A stretch of DNA of 64,000 bases, taken from positions 131,306 to 195,305 of the forward strand of contig CAWADG010000008.1 in NCBI GenBank assembly GCA_963780815.1. The letters are read 5' to 3'. A model generated the notes under the pieces. It was not told the origin of the DNA. It did not search any database and was given only the letters and a program-made list of their open reading frames with translations. Position 1 is the stretch's first letter. Each line of letters starts with the position of its first letter. Both the position numbers and the translations under genes were made by a program. Positions 1-8,410 of this stretch are shown here, piece after piece. Source of the DNA: an uncultured Solirubrobacterales bacterium (lineage in GTDB: Bacteria; Actinomycetota; Thermoleophilia; Solirubrobacterales; 70-9).

Positions 1-773
1 CACGGAGCGTGGTCGACACCCTCCAGCTCGATGTAGCGACTGCCGAGGATCTGCTCGGCGAGCCAGCGCCCGGCGCGGACGTTCACGGCATGGTCATGAC
101 GCCGGTGCATGACCAGGGTCGGCGCCTGGATCAGCGGCAGGACATCGCGCACGTCGAGGTCGAGGAACATTTCGAAGAATCGCTGAACCCGGATCGGGCT
201 CGCCGCCTGGCGCTCGTAGCGCGCCTGGAACTCCCGCGCCTGCGGGTCCTCGGCGTGACTCGGAGCGAAGATGTCGATCGAGGCTCCCTGGCCCCACATC
301 GGCGCGAGCAGCTCGTTGAGGGCTTCCTCTGCAGAATCCCTCTCCGGGGCCCAGGGGTAGTCCTCGGCCCAGGTCGACCTCGCCATCGCCCCGCAGAGGA
401 CGAGGGCCGAGGTTCTCTCCGGATAGGTGGCGGCGAACAGCATGCACATCGTCCCCCCCTCGGAGACGCCGATCAGGGCCGCGCGCTCGGAGCCAGCGGC
501 GTCCATCACCGCCCGGACGTCGTCCATCCGCTCCTCCAATGTCGCCGGGCCCGGCAGCGGGTCGGAGAGGCCGACGCCGCGCCGGTCGAAGAGGATCACC
601 CGCGCGAACGAGCTGAGCCGCTCGACGAAGCGGGTGATCCCGGGGCTCTCCCAGACCAGATCGAGATGGGAGACGAACGGGAACGCAAGCACGACGTCCA
701 TCTCGCCCTCGCCGACGACCTGGAAGGCGATGCTCAACTCGCCGCTGCGCGCGTACTGGGTCTGCGGTGGCAT
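1..773 (-). CDS. alpha/beta hydrolase; C-terminal end runs off the window edge
   Basis: The reverse-strand ORF is open to position 1, so it is absent from the ORF track. Hand translation gives MPPQTQYARSGELSIAFQVVGEGEMDVV...LIGVSEGGTMCMLFAATYPERT...HRRHDHAV...LEGVDHAP. This contains a GxSxG nucleophile elbow plus Asp and His. ATG at 773. Confidence 0.8.
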   Translation of the reverse strand, partial: MPPQTQYARSGELSIAFQVVGEGEMDVVLAFPFVSHLDLVWESPGITRFVERLSSFARVILFDRRGVGLSDPLPGPATLEERMDDVRAVMDAAGSERAALIGVSEGGTMCMLFAATYPERTSALVLCGAMARSTWAEDYPWAPERDSAEEALNELLAPMWGQGASIDIFAPSHAEDPQAREFQARYERQAASPIRVQRFFEMFLDLDVRDVLPLIQAPTLVMHRRHDHAVNVRAGRWLAEQILGSRYIELEGVDHAP

Positions 774-861
774 GGCGGCAGCCTACGCCGCATCCGCCAA
801 CCCTGCGAGCGGCGCGGGCAAGGCGCCTTCCGAAAGCAGAGGTGAGGAAAAGCGCCTTGGC

Positions 862-1356
862 CTACGGGGTGAACCCGTCTTCTTCAATCAGACAATGGCG
901 GAATTCATAGGAGACGACGAGGTTGTTGGCCTTGCGCGAGCCGTTGGTGAATTGGACGACCAGCTTCTGGGCGCGCGCTCGTTCCCCCGCGATCGCGGCT
1001 TTCCCGGCCTTGCGCAACCGCCCCGCCTGGTCGGAGATCTGGTCCAACCACCTGTCGAGTCGGTGCGCGTCGATTTCGGGGCGCGGAACCCCGCGCAGCT
1101 TCGCCAAAGCGTGGCCGAGTGCCTTCGACGCCCTCAGCTGCCGTCTGCCCCGTTCCTTCACCGCAGTGTCTGCTCCTCCAGGCGGGATGGCGCGGACACC
1201 GCCGATGATCCGCTCCTTCGCTTCCCCCTCGGCCTGGCAGATCGGCTCCACCTGGTCGCGATATTCGGCCCGCGGGGCTTCGAGGGCCGGCGCCGCGATC
1301 GGAGCCGCCAGGGCGCAGGCGAGGAGCAGGCCGGCGATGCCAAGCGCGCGCTTCAT
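862..1356 (-). CDS. secreted hypothetical protein
   Basis: 164-aa ORF with an N-terminal signal peptide (MKRALGIAGLLLACALAAPIAAPA) and non-repetitive composition. Its start overlaps the stop of the upstream DUF480 gene. Confidence 0.6.
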   Translation of the reverse strand: MKRALGIAGLLLACALAAPIAAPALEAPRAEYRDQVEPICQAEGEAKERIIGGVRAIPPGGADTAVKERGRRQLRASKALGHALAKLRGVPRPEIDAHRLDRWLDQISDQAGRLRKAGKAAIAGERARAQKLVVQFTNGSRKANNLVVSYEFRHCLIEEDGFTP

Positions 1357-2015
1357 CCTCCCCCCAGTTCGGCCCGCAGGGACTCGAGCTGGGAGCGGAG
1401 CTCGGCGACCTCGCGCTCGATCCTCCCGAGGCGATCCTCGGACGGCGATCCGGCGGCAGCCGCGAGATCGGGCGCATCGATATCGGCGTCCTCGGTCGGG
1501 ATCGTCTCTCGATCTCTGGCCTCCCCCCCGGCGCCCGGTCCGAGCAGCTGCTCGTAGCGGTCCTCCTTCTGGCCGGGGCGACGCGGGTGGCGGGCGACGA
1601 GGCCCCGCTCGACCAGCCCGTCAAGAGTCTCGTGGACGGCGGGCAGGCTCTCGAAGTCGCACAGCCGCTCGGCCCGCTGCTTCAGCTGCCCCGGGGTCTG
1701 CTCCCCGCGCAGCATCAGGACCGCCAGCAGCGAGACCTCGGCCGCGTCGACCTCGAGCGCCTCGTCGAGGAGGTGGCGGTACTTGCGGGCGCGGCTGCCG
1801 GCGCCGCTCGCGAGCCTGGTCCAGCCCCGGAGGGCGAGTCGCCGCAGGGCCTCCACCACGGTCTCCTCGTGGTAGGCGACGACCGGATCGCGGTTCGTCG
1901 ACTGGTTGCAGGCGAGCCGCAGCGCGTTGACCGAGAGCGGGTAGACGTCCGGGGTCGTCCGCTGCTTCTCGACCAGGCAGCCGACGACCCTGATCTCGAT
2001 CGCGTCGGGCTCCAT
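1353..2015 (-). CDS. DUF480 (YceH-like) winged-helix protein
   Basis: Internal ATG at 2015 of the 432-aa track ORF. MEPDAIEIRVVGCLVEKQRTTPDVYPLSVNALRLACNQSTNRDPVV matches the YceH/DUF480 N-terminus. The upstream part of the track ORF is Arg-rich junk antisense-framed over pyrE. TGATG overlap with the pyrE stop. Confidence 0.75.
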   Translation of the reverse strand: MEPDAIEIRVVGCLVEKQRTTPDVYPLSVNALRLACNQSTNRDPVVAYHEETVVEALRRLALRGWTRLASGAGSRARKYRHLLDEALEVDAAEVSLLAVLMLRGEQTPGQLKQRAERLCDFESLPAVHETLDGLVERGLVARHPRRPGQKEDRYEQLLGPGAGGEARDRETIPTEDADIDAPDLAAAAGSPSEDRLGRIEREVAELRSQLESLRAELGGG

Positions 2016-2587
2016 CAGCGCCTGTCCGGCCGGTCCGGGTAGAGCTCGTCGATCGTGACCAGGGCGCGATACGGCGCGGCCGCCGCCGCCTCGATCGCCT
2101 CGCCCCCGCCGGCAAGGCGGTCGACGGCGGCGAGCACCCCCGCGACCTCGAGCCCCTCGGCTCGGATGCGCTCGATCGCGTCGACCGTCGAGCCCCCGCT
2201 GGTCACCGTGTCCTCGACGACGAGGCAGCGATCGCCGGGGCCGACGGGGCCCTCGACCCAGCGCTGCAGGCCATGCTCCTTGCGCTCCCCGCGGACGAAG
2301 AACCCGGCCAGGCCGGACCCGGCCTCGACCGCGATCGCCGCGCAGGCGAGCGGAATCGCCGCGGTCGCAGGGCCGCCGACGGCGGCGGCGCCGGCCTCGA
2401 TCGCGGCGGCGGCGATCAGCTCGCCGGCCGCAAGGAAACCGGCGGGGCGCAGCAGGGCACGGCGAGCGTCGACATAGTACTGGGCGACGGCGCCGCTCGA
2501 GAGCGTCACCTCGCCGATCACGAGCGAGTGCTCGCGCAACTCGGTGAGCAGGGTCCCCTTGGCGGCTTCGAGATCGGCGACGGCCAC
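2015..2587 (-). CDS. pyrE: orotate phosphoribosyltransferase
   Basis: 190 aa with the PRPP-binding motif CLVVEDTVTSGGST and a typical PyrE N-terminus (LREHSLVIGEVTLSSG). Confidence 0.9.
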   Translation of the reverse strand: MAVADLEAAKGTLLTELREHSLVIGEVTLSSGAVAQYYVDARRALLRPAGFLAAGELIAAAAIEAGAAAVGGPATAAIPLACAAIAVEAGSGLAGFFVRGERKEHGLQRWVEGPVGPGDRCLVVEDTVTSGGSTVDAIERIRAEGLEVAGVLAAVDRLAGGGEAIEAAAAAPYRALVTIDELYPDRPDRR

Positions 2588-2679
2588 TAATACCTTTCGT
2601 GCTTCGCTCGGTGCGCGGAGAACCAGAAGTGCACGCTTCCTCGCTCCGCACTCATGCGGCGAATCCTACGGAGGAGGCG

Positions 2680-3615
2680 TCAGCCGAGCGCCTCGCGGAA
2701 GCCCTGGCGCCAGCTTGGGAAGCGCGGCTCCCACCCCAGCTCGCGCTTGGCGCGGGCGTTGGAGGCGCCGCGAAGCTCGACCGCGTTGAGGGCGACCGGG
2801 CCGGCGATCAGCTTCGCCAGCCAGAGCGGCACCCGGCGCGGCCTCTTCGCCCCGACCGCCTCTGCGTAGACAGGGGCCCATTCGCGCTGGGGCGCCGGCT
2901 CGTCGTCGACGACGTTGAGGACGCCGACCGCATCGCTTTCGATCGCGGCGATCGTCGCCCCGGCGACGTCCTCGACGTGGGCGAAGGAGAAGACGCCGGT
3001 GCCCTTGCCGACGATCGGGAAGCGGCGCCTGTGGAAGTCATCGGCCACGGCGCGATCGGCGGCGTAGCTCGTACCGGGGCCGTAGAACCAGCCAAAGCGG
3101 AGGACCAGCCCCTCGATTCCCTTGGCGCCGAGAACCTGGCGCTCGAGGTCGGCCAGCGCCGCGACCGCCTTGCCGAAGCGGCCCGGGGCGCCGGTGAAGA
3201 GCGGCGCGTCCTCGTCCTTGACCCAGTCGCCGCTCGGCTCATAGAGGAAGGCGACGCTCTCGGCGACGACCCGCCGCGCGCCGGCCGCCCGCGCCGCCGC
3301 GATCAGGTTGCGGGTCCCCTCTTCGCGCAGCCTGTTGGTGGCGGCGACGGGGTCCTGCTTCGCTTTCCACTCGATCCGATCCGGCAGCGCGGTGAGGGCG
3401 TGGACGACGACCTCCGGCTCGGCCTCGGCGACCGCACTGAGGAGGGCGTCGGAATCGAACACGTCGCAGAGGGCAGCGGTGGCGCCCGCCGCGCCGATTC
3501 CGGCCGTGCGCTCCTCGCGCCGGGTCGTGCCGGTGACCTCATGCCCCGCCGCGACCAGCCGGCGGACGAGGGGCCGGCCCATCGCTCCGCTCGCCCCGGC
3601 GACGAACACCCTCAT
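2680..3615 (-). CDS. NAD(P)-dependent epimerase/dehydratase family (SDR) protein
   Basis: Rossmann motif MRVFVAGASGAMGRPLVRRL at the ATG at 3615. The upstream part of the 371-aa track ORF overlaps the next gene. Confidence 0.85.
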   Translation of the reverse strand: MRVFVAGASGAMGRPLVRRLVAAGHEVTGTTRREERTAGIGAAGATAALCDVFDSDALLSAVAEAEPEVVVHALTALPDRIEWKAKQDPVAATNRLREEGTRNLIAAARAAGARRVVAESVAFLYEPSGDWVKDEDAPLFTGAPGRFGKAVAALADLERQVLGAKGIEGLVLRFGWFYGPGTSYAADRAVADDFHRRRFPIVGKGTGVFSFAHVEDVAGATIAAIESDAVGVLNVVDDEPAPQREWAPVYAEAVGAKRPRRVPLWLAKLIAGPVALNAVELRGASNARAKRELGWEPRFPSWRQGFREALG

Positions 3616-4001
3616 CCGGGGTCGAGCCTTTCCGAGACCCGGGCAAGCCAGCATGCCCCGAACGCGCCGGCGGCGATCAGCAGCGTGTCGCCCCAGCCGC
3701 GGGTGTCGCTCTTCGCTTCGCCGGTGTCGAACAGGTGGTTGATCGCGTGAAACCCATACCAGAGCGCACCGAGCCAGAGCAGCGGCGCCCGCCACGCGGG
3801 CCGTACGACCGAGATCGCGAGCGCGACACCGGCGGCGAGGTAGAAGGCCCCGACGTCGCCGACATAGTGGGAGTTCTCGACCCCATAGTGGCCGATCTGG
3901 TCGAAGAACGTGTCGGGCGCGACGAGCGCCATCACACCGAGGACGATGTGAAAGACGGCCGTGAAGGCCAGGATCGCCTGCAGCGCGCGCTCGGAAATCA
4001 C
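3612..4001 (-). CDS. small integral membrane protein, function unknown
   Basis: 129 aa with about 4 hydrophobic helices. ATGA overlap with the downstream SDR gene. Confidence 0.6.
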   Translation of the reverse strand: MISERALQAILAFTAVFHIVLGVMALVAPDTFFDQIGHYGVENSHYVGDVGAFYLAAGVALAISVVRPAWRAPLLWLGALWYGFHAINHLFDTGEAKSDTRGWGDTLLIAAGAFGACWLARVSERLDPG

Positions 4002-4070
4002 CGGCGGGAAGCGTACGCGCGGCGGCGGCGCCGATGACAGGGCCAGTGACGCCGCCTCAGCCGGTCCAGT

Positions 4071-5072
4071 TCAGAAGACGAAGATGCTTTCGCCGTAGTT
4101 GATCCGCTCGTAGATCTCTGGCTGGTCGGCGATGAAGGTGCGAATGCAGCCGTGGCTGGCCGGATAGTCGGGAACCGAGTTGTAGCCGTGAACGGCGTAG
4201 CCACCGTAGAAGTAGAACGAGTAGTACATGCCCTCGGCGTTGTAGCCCGGTTCCTGCCTGATGAAGGTGAAATGCCCGGTCACGGTCGGGGTCGAGGGCT
4301 TGCCCGAGGAGACGGGATAGATGGCGTAGGGCCGGTCGCCCTTGGCGAAGACGAGGACCTGCTTCGAGAGCGGCGCCTCGAGGTGCTGCCCGGCCCCCGG
4401 GTGGCGGACCCTGTATCCGCCACGACCCGCGAACGCCCGCTTCACCAGGCCCTTGCCGGCCCTGAAGCTGCGCTCGAGGCCGTTGACCTTGCGATAGGCG
4501 AGCACGCCGCGGCCGGTCTTGCCGCCGAAGCAGCGGCCGCTGTTTGCGATATAGCCCATCTTCCGCATCGCCTTCTTGAAGCCTATGACGACGTCGCCGC
4601 ACTGGCCTTCGTGCAGCGCCGGGAAGCTGACCCGCCAGCTCTTGCGCTCGGTGCTGTCGCCCCCGAGCCGGGCGGTCGCGGCGTGGCGGGCGCTCGCCGC
4701 GTACTTGCCGGCCGAGTCGATCCTGATGCCGGCGCGGAAGGAGCCGCTGCCCCCCCTGCCCCTGCTGACCCTCACCGTCCGCCGCTGGATCCGGTCGCCG
4801 TTGAGGTAGAAGCTGACTTCCACCGACTGGCCCGGGGCGTAGGGCCTGACGGTCCCGATCACCGGCACCTTGCTCATGATCTGCGCCTTGCCGCCGTGGA
4901 GGTGGCCGACCTCGATCTTCACCGTCGCCTTCGGCACGGCGTTGACCGCGCCGTTCTTGGCGCCGTTCTTCGCGGCGAGGGCGGCGGTCGGAGCGGCGAG
5001 GGCGGCGGTCGGAGCGGCGAGGGCGGCGGCGACCGCGATCAGCGGGACGAGGCGTCTCATCGGGGCGGACAT
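4071..5072 (-). CDS. L,D-transpeptidase (YkuD domain) with signal peptide
   Basis: C-terminal YkuD catalytic motif HGYNSVPDYPASHGCIRTF. N-terminal signal region with repeated AAPTAAL. Confidence 0.85.
   Translation of the reverse strand: MSAPMRRLVPLIAVAAALAAPTAALAAPTAALAAKNGAKNGAVNAVPKATVKIEVGHLHGGKAQIMSKVPVIGTVRPYAPGQSVEVSFYLNGDRIQRRTVRVSRGRGGSGSFRAGIRIDSAGKYAASARHAATARLGGDSTERKSWRVSFPALHEGQCGDVVIGFKKAMRKMGYIANSGRCFGGKTGRGVLAYRKVNGLERSFRAGKGLVKRAFAGRGGYRVRHPGAGQHLEAPLSKQVLVFAKGDRPYAIYPVSSGKPSTPTVTGHFTFIRQEPGYNAEGMYYSFYFYGGYAVHGYNSVPDYPASHGCIRTFIADQPEIYERINYGESIFVF
4981..5022. repeat. 21-bp tandem duplication (gcggcggtcggagcggcgagg x2, plus partial third copy) inside the Ldt signal-peptide region
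   Basis: Read directly: 4981-5001 equals 5002-5022. It encodes AAPTAAL twice on the minus strand. Confidence 0.85.
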
Positions 5073-5099
5073 TGTGCCTGACGGACCGGCCGTGCACCG

Positions 5100-5792
5100 T
5101 TACTGGCCCAGAAGGGCGAACGAGTTGTTCAGCATGTGAAGCATGATCCCGGGCCAGATCGCTCCAGTTTTCTCGTAGAGCAAACATAGGACGATTCCGA
5201 AGACCATCAGCGGCGGGACCGCGCTGAGGCCGGTCAGGGCGTGGAGGCCGCCGAAGATCAGGCCGCCGATCAGGGCGGCGGCGAACCGCGGCAACCGCTC
5301 CCGCAGGCCCCCGTAGAGCATCCCCCGGAAGCAGACCTCCTCGCTGACCGGGGCGGCGACGACGATCAGGACGATCTGGACCGGCAGGGTCCCGAACGAT
5401 TCGGCGATGTCCTCCTGCTTCGGTTCGCCGAACACGGTCGTGTAGAGGATCGCGATCGCCAGGTAGGCGACCACGGCGACGAACATCCAGAGCAGCGCCG
5501 AGGGAACCTCGAAGCGGCGGGCCCCGAGCCGGCGCAGCGCCTCGCGGATCGGCACGCCGCCCCTCGCCGCGATCGCGATCGGCACGATCAGGAACCCGAA
5601 CGCTGTCGCGAACTGGACGAACGCGTTGGCGGCGCTGCTGAGGTCCCCTTCGCCGCTGGGATGATCGATGAGCACCGCCGGGATGCCGAGAATGATCCCG
5701 ACGACAAGCGCCAGGACGACGCCGAAAAGAGCCGCGGCCGGGCCCCAGTTGGAGTAGGGGAAGCTCTGCTTTGGGGGTAGGTTTGCCTCCAT
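5100..5792 (-). CDS. CPBP family intramembrane glutamic endopeptidase (CAAX protease-like)
   Basis: Motifs EEVCFRG, FGGLH and HMLNN in a multi-TM protein. ATG at 5792 (MEANLPPKQ). The upstream part of the 331-aa track ORF is antisense to the MscS-like gene. Confidence 0.85.
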   Translation of the reverse strand: MEANLPPKQSFPYSNWGPAAALFGVVLALVVGIILGIPAVLIDHPSGEGDLSSAANAFVQFATAFGFLIVPIAIAARGGVPIREALRRLGARRFEVPSALLWMFVAVVAYLAIAILYTTVFGEPKQEDIAESFGTLPVQIVLIVVAAPVSEEVCFRGMLYGGLRERLPRFAAALIGGLIFGGLHALTGLSAVPPLMVFGIVLCLLYEKTGAIWPGIMLHMLNNSFALLGQ

Positions 5793-6207
5793 GTCGCCGG
5801 CAGTCTCACAGGTCTCGCGCTCGACGAAAACGAGGCTGCGGTTCCTGCGCCGGGTGTTCGTCCTCGTCCTCGTCCTCGTCCTCGCGGCGCTGGCCCTGGC
5901 CCAGTTCACCGAGCTCAACCGGCTCGCGACCGGAATCCTCGCCTCGACCGCCGTCGCCGCCGCGATCATCGGGTTCGCCGCCCAGCACACGCTTGGCAAC
6001 CTGGTGGCCGGGGTCCAGCTCGCGATCTCGCAGCCGATCAAAATCGGCGACCGGATCTCATTCGAAGAGGTCGAGGGCCGGGTGATCGACATCACCCTTG
6101 CCTACACCTACGTCGACCCCGGGGACGCCAGCTCTGTCGTGATCCCGAACCAGCTGCTGGTGGAAGGCGTCGTGCAGAACCACTCGACCGGGGACACGCA
6201 GGTCTGA
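5791..6207 (+). CDS. minimal MscS-family mechanosensitive channel-like protein (TM3 plus beta domain only)
   Basis: The pore-helix and beta-domain signature AAIIGFAAQHTLGNLVAGVQLAISQPIKIGDRISF...GRVIDITL is present. At only 138 aa it lacks the usual extra TMs and the C-terminal domain. The start is uncertain: ATG 5791 or GTG 5854. Confidence 0.6.
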   Translation: MSPAVSQVSRSTKTRLRFLRRVFVLVLVLVLAALALAQFTELNRLATGILASTAVAAAIIGFAAQHTLGNLVAGVQLAISQPIKIGDRISFEEVEGRVIDITLAYTYVDPGDASSVVIPNQLLVEGVVQNHSTGDTQV

Positions 6208-6238
6208 GCGGAGGCGGCGTCGAAGTACCCTTTTTGGG

Positions 6239-8410
6239 ATGACGCAGCGCCAACGCCGCCGTGCCCGCCGCCGCGGCGGGGCCAGCAGCAAGATCCTCTT
6301 CGTCCTCGCGGCGGCGTTCGCCCTGCTCGCGGTCCTCTCGGTCGGCGTCGCCTCCTGGGTCCTCGACGTCGCCGCCAAGGCCCCGCCGCTCTCGGACTGC
6401 CGGCCGATCGACCGCGGCGGCAACTCGACCCTCTTCGCCGGGGACGGAAGCAAGCTCGGCTACATCGCCTCCGACCAGGCGCGGACACCGGTCTCGATCA
6501 AGCGCGTCCCCACAGACCTCAAAAACGCGACCGTCGCGATCGAGGACGAGCGCTTCTACGAACACGACGGGATCGATTACGAGGGCGGCCTGCGGGCGCT
6601 GGTCAAGAACGTCGAGGCGGGCAAGATCGTCCAGGGCGGATCGACGATCACGATGCAGCTGATGCGGAACCTCTGTATCACCGACCCCAAGCGCGACATC
6701 GAACGCAAGATCCAGGAGGCCAAACTCGCGCTCGAGTACGAGAAGAAGTTCAGCAAGGAAGACATCCTCGGCAAGTACCTGAACGGGGCCTCCTACGGGA
6801 CGATCAACGGCAGCACCGCGGTCGGGGTCCAGGCCGCCTCGCAGATCTACTTCTCGAAACCGGTCTGGAAGCTGACCCTCGAGCAGGCGGCGATGCTCGC
6901 CGGGCTGCCGCAGGCGCCCTCCGACTACAACCCGATCCTCAACCCGAAGGGCGCGCTCGAACGCCGCAACGAGGTGCTGGCGAAAATGGGCGACCTCGGC
7001 TACATCTCCAAGCGGCGGGCGCTCGAGGGCGAGCAGCGCGGCCTCGAGCTGAACCTCTCCGACACCTACTTCGAACGCCGCCAGCCCTATTTCTTCGACT
7101 ACGTCGAGGACAAGCTGATCGAAAAGTACGGCGTCAACACCGTCCGCCAGGGCGGCCTTCGCGTCTACACGACGATCGACCCGAAGCTGCAGCAGGTCGG
7201 GCTGGAAGCGGTCCACTCGACCCTTCCCTACTCCGAAGACCCGGCCTCGGCGCTGGTCTCGATCGAACCCGACACCGGCTACATCAGGGCGATGGTCTCG
7301 AGCTCGAGCTACAACGTCAGCCAGTTCAACCTCGCCGCCCAGGGCCACCGCCAGCCGGGATCGACGTTCAAGACCTTCGTCCTGACGACGGCGATCAAGC
7401 AGGGCGTCGACCCGTACTCGACCTACTACACGTCGAAACCGCTGAACCTCGACCTGCCGAAGTGGGGCCACTGGGAAGTTCACACCGCAGACGAGGGCTA
7501 CCAGGGGACGATCAACCTCGAGCAGGCGACGGTCGCCTCCGACAACACCGTGTTCGCCCAGCTCGACCTCGACGTCGGCCCCGGGAACGTCGCCGAAACC
7601 GCGAACTCGATGGGAATCGAAACGGAACTCGATGGGATCCCGGCGGAGGGGATCGGCGGCCTGCGGATCGGCGTCTCGCCGCTCGAGATGTCCGATGCCT
7701 ACGCGACGCTCGCCTCCGGCGGCATCCACCACAACCCGATCGCGATCCGAAAGGTCGTCTTCCCCGACGGCCGCGTCGACCACCCCGAGCATCCGGAACC
7801 GAAACGGGTGATCTCCGAAGCGGTCGCCTACGAGGTGACGCGGCTGCTGCACGACAACATCACCGGCGGCACCGGCACCGCCGCCTACACCGGCTGCCCG
7901 GGGCAGGCGGGGAAGACCGGGACGACCGACAACTACACCGACGCCTGGTTCGCGGGCTACCAGCCGAACCTCTCGACCGTGGTCTGGGTCGGGTACCCGC
8001 AGTCCAACGACATCGAAATGGTCAGCGTCCACGGGATCACCGTGTTCGGGGGGACGTTCCCGGCTGAAATCTGGAACACGGTCTACTCCAACGGGGAAAT
8101 CCCCTGCGAGGAATTCTCCGAACCCGAAACCCCGATCACCTGGGCCCCGTTCTACGGCCACTACACCTCGTCCAACGGTTACCGCGGCTACTCGAGCGGG
8201 GGCGAAGAAGTGGAAGCAACCGAAGGGGGCAGAATGCCCGGGCAGGCCGCGGTCGGAGGGTACGACCCGAATGCCTACGCACCCGGCGTCGGGCAGGAAC
8301 CGACCCCGGCCCCCGAACCTGCCCCGAGCCCGCCCAGCGGTGGTGGAGGCGGGCCGCCGCCCGCGGGGGTCGGTGGCGGCACCGCGACTGGCGGAGTCGG
8401 GGCTGGCTGA
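6239..8410 (+). CDS. class A penicillin-binding protein (transglycosylase/transpeptidase, PBP1A-type)
   Basis: GT51 motifs EDERFYEHDGID and GGSTITMQL. Transpeptidase motifs STFK, SDN and KTGTT. N-terminal TM anchor and a Pro/Gly-rich tail. Confidence 0.95.
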   Translation: MTQRQRRRARRRGGASSKILFVLAAAFALLAVLSVGVASWVLDVAAKAPPLSDCRPIDRGGNSTLFAGDGSKLGYIASDQARTPVSIKRVPTDLKNATVAIEDERFYEHDGIDYEGGLRALVKNVEAGKIVQGGSTITMQLMRNLCITDPKRDIERKIQEAKLALEYEKKFSKEDILGKYLNGASYGTINGSTAVGVQAASQIYFSKPVWKLTLEQAAMLAGLPQAPSDYNPILNPKGALERRNEVLAKMGDLGYISKRRALEGEQRGLELNLSDTYFERRQPYFFDYVEDKLIEKYGVNTVRQGGLRVYTTIDPKLQQVGLEAVHSTLPYSEDPASALVSIEPDTGYIRAMVSSSSYNVSQFNLAAQGHRQPGSTFKTFVLTTAIKQGVDPYSTYYTSKPLNLDLPKWGHWEVHTADEGYQGTINLEQATVASDNTVFAQLDLDVGPGNVAETANSMGIETELDGIPAEGIGGLRIGVSPLEMSDAYATLASGGIHHNPIAIRKVVFPDGRVDHPEHPEPKRVISEAVAYEVTRLLHDNITGGTGTAAYTGCPGQAGKTGTTDNYTDAWFAGYQPNLSTVVWVGYPQSNDIEMVSVHGITVFGGTFPAEIWNTVYSNGEIPCEEFSEPETPITWAPFYGHYTSSNGYRGYSSGGEEVEATEGGRMPGQAAVGGYDPNAYAPGVGQEPTPAPEPAPSPPSGGGGGPPPAGVGGGTATGGVGAG

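Noticed and set aside
6092-8161. 689-aa minus-strand ORF covering most of the PBP1A gene.
   Set aside because: It is antisense to a gene with unmistakable GT51 and transpeptidase motifs. Its translation is Arg/Gly/Asp/Val-rich with no recognisable domain, which is the typical high-GC shadow ORF.
8271-8372. ATG at 8271 as the start of the DUF2029-like gene.
   Set aside because: It would overlap the PBP1A C-terminus by 140 nt, and the extra residues are Arg/Pro-rich. A GTG at 8373 is more plausible, though still uncertain.
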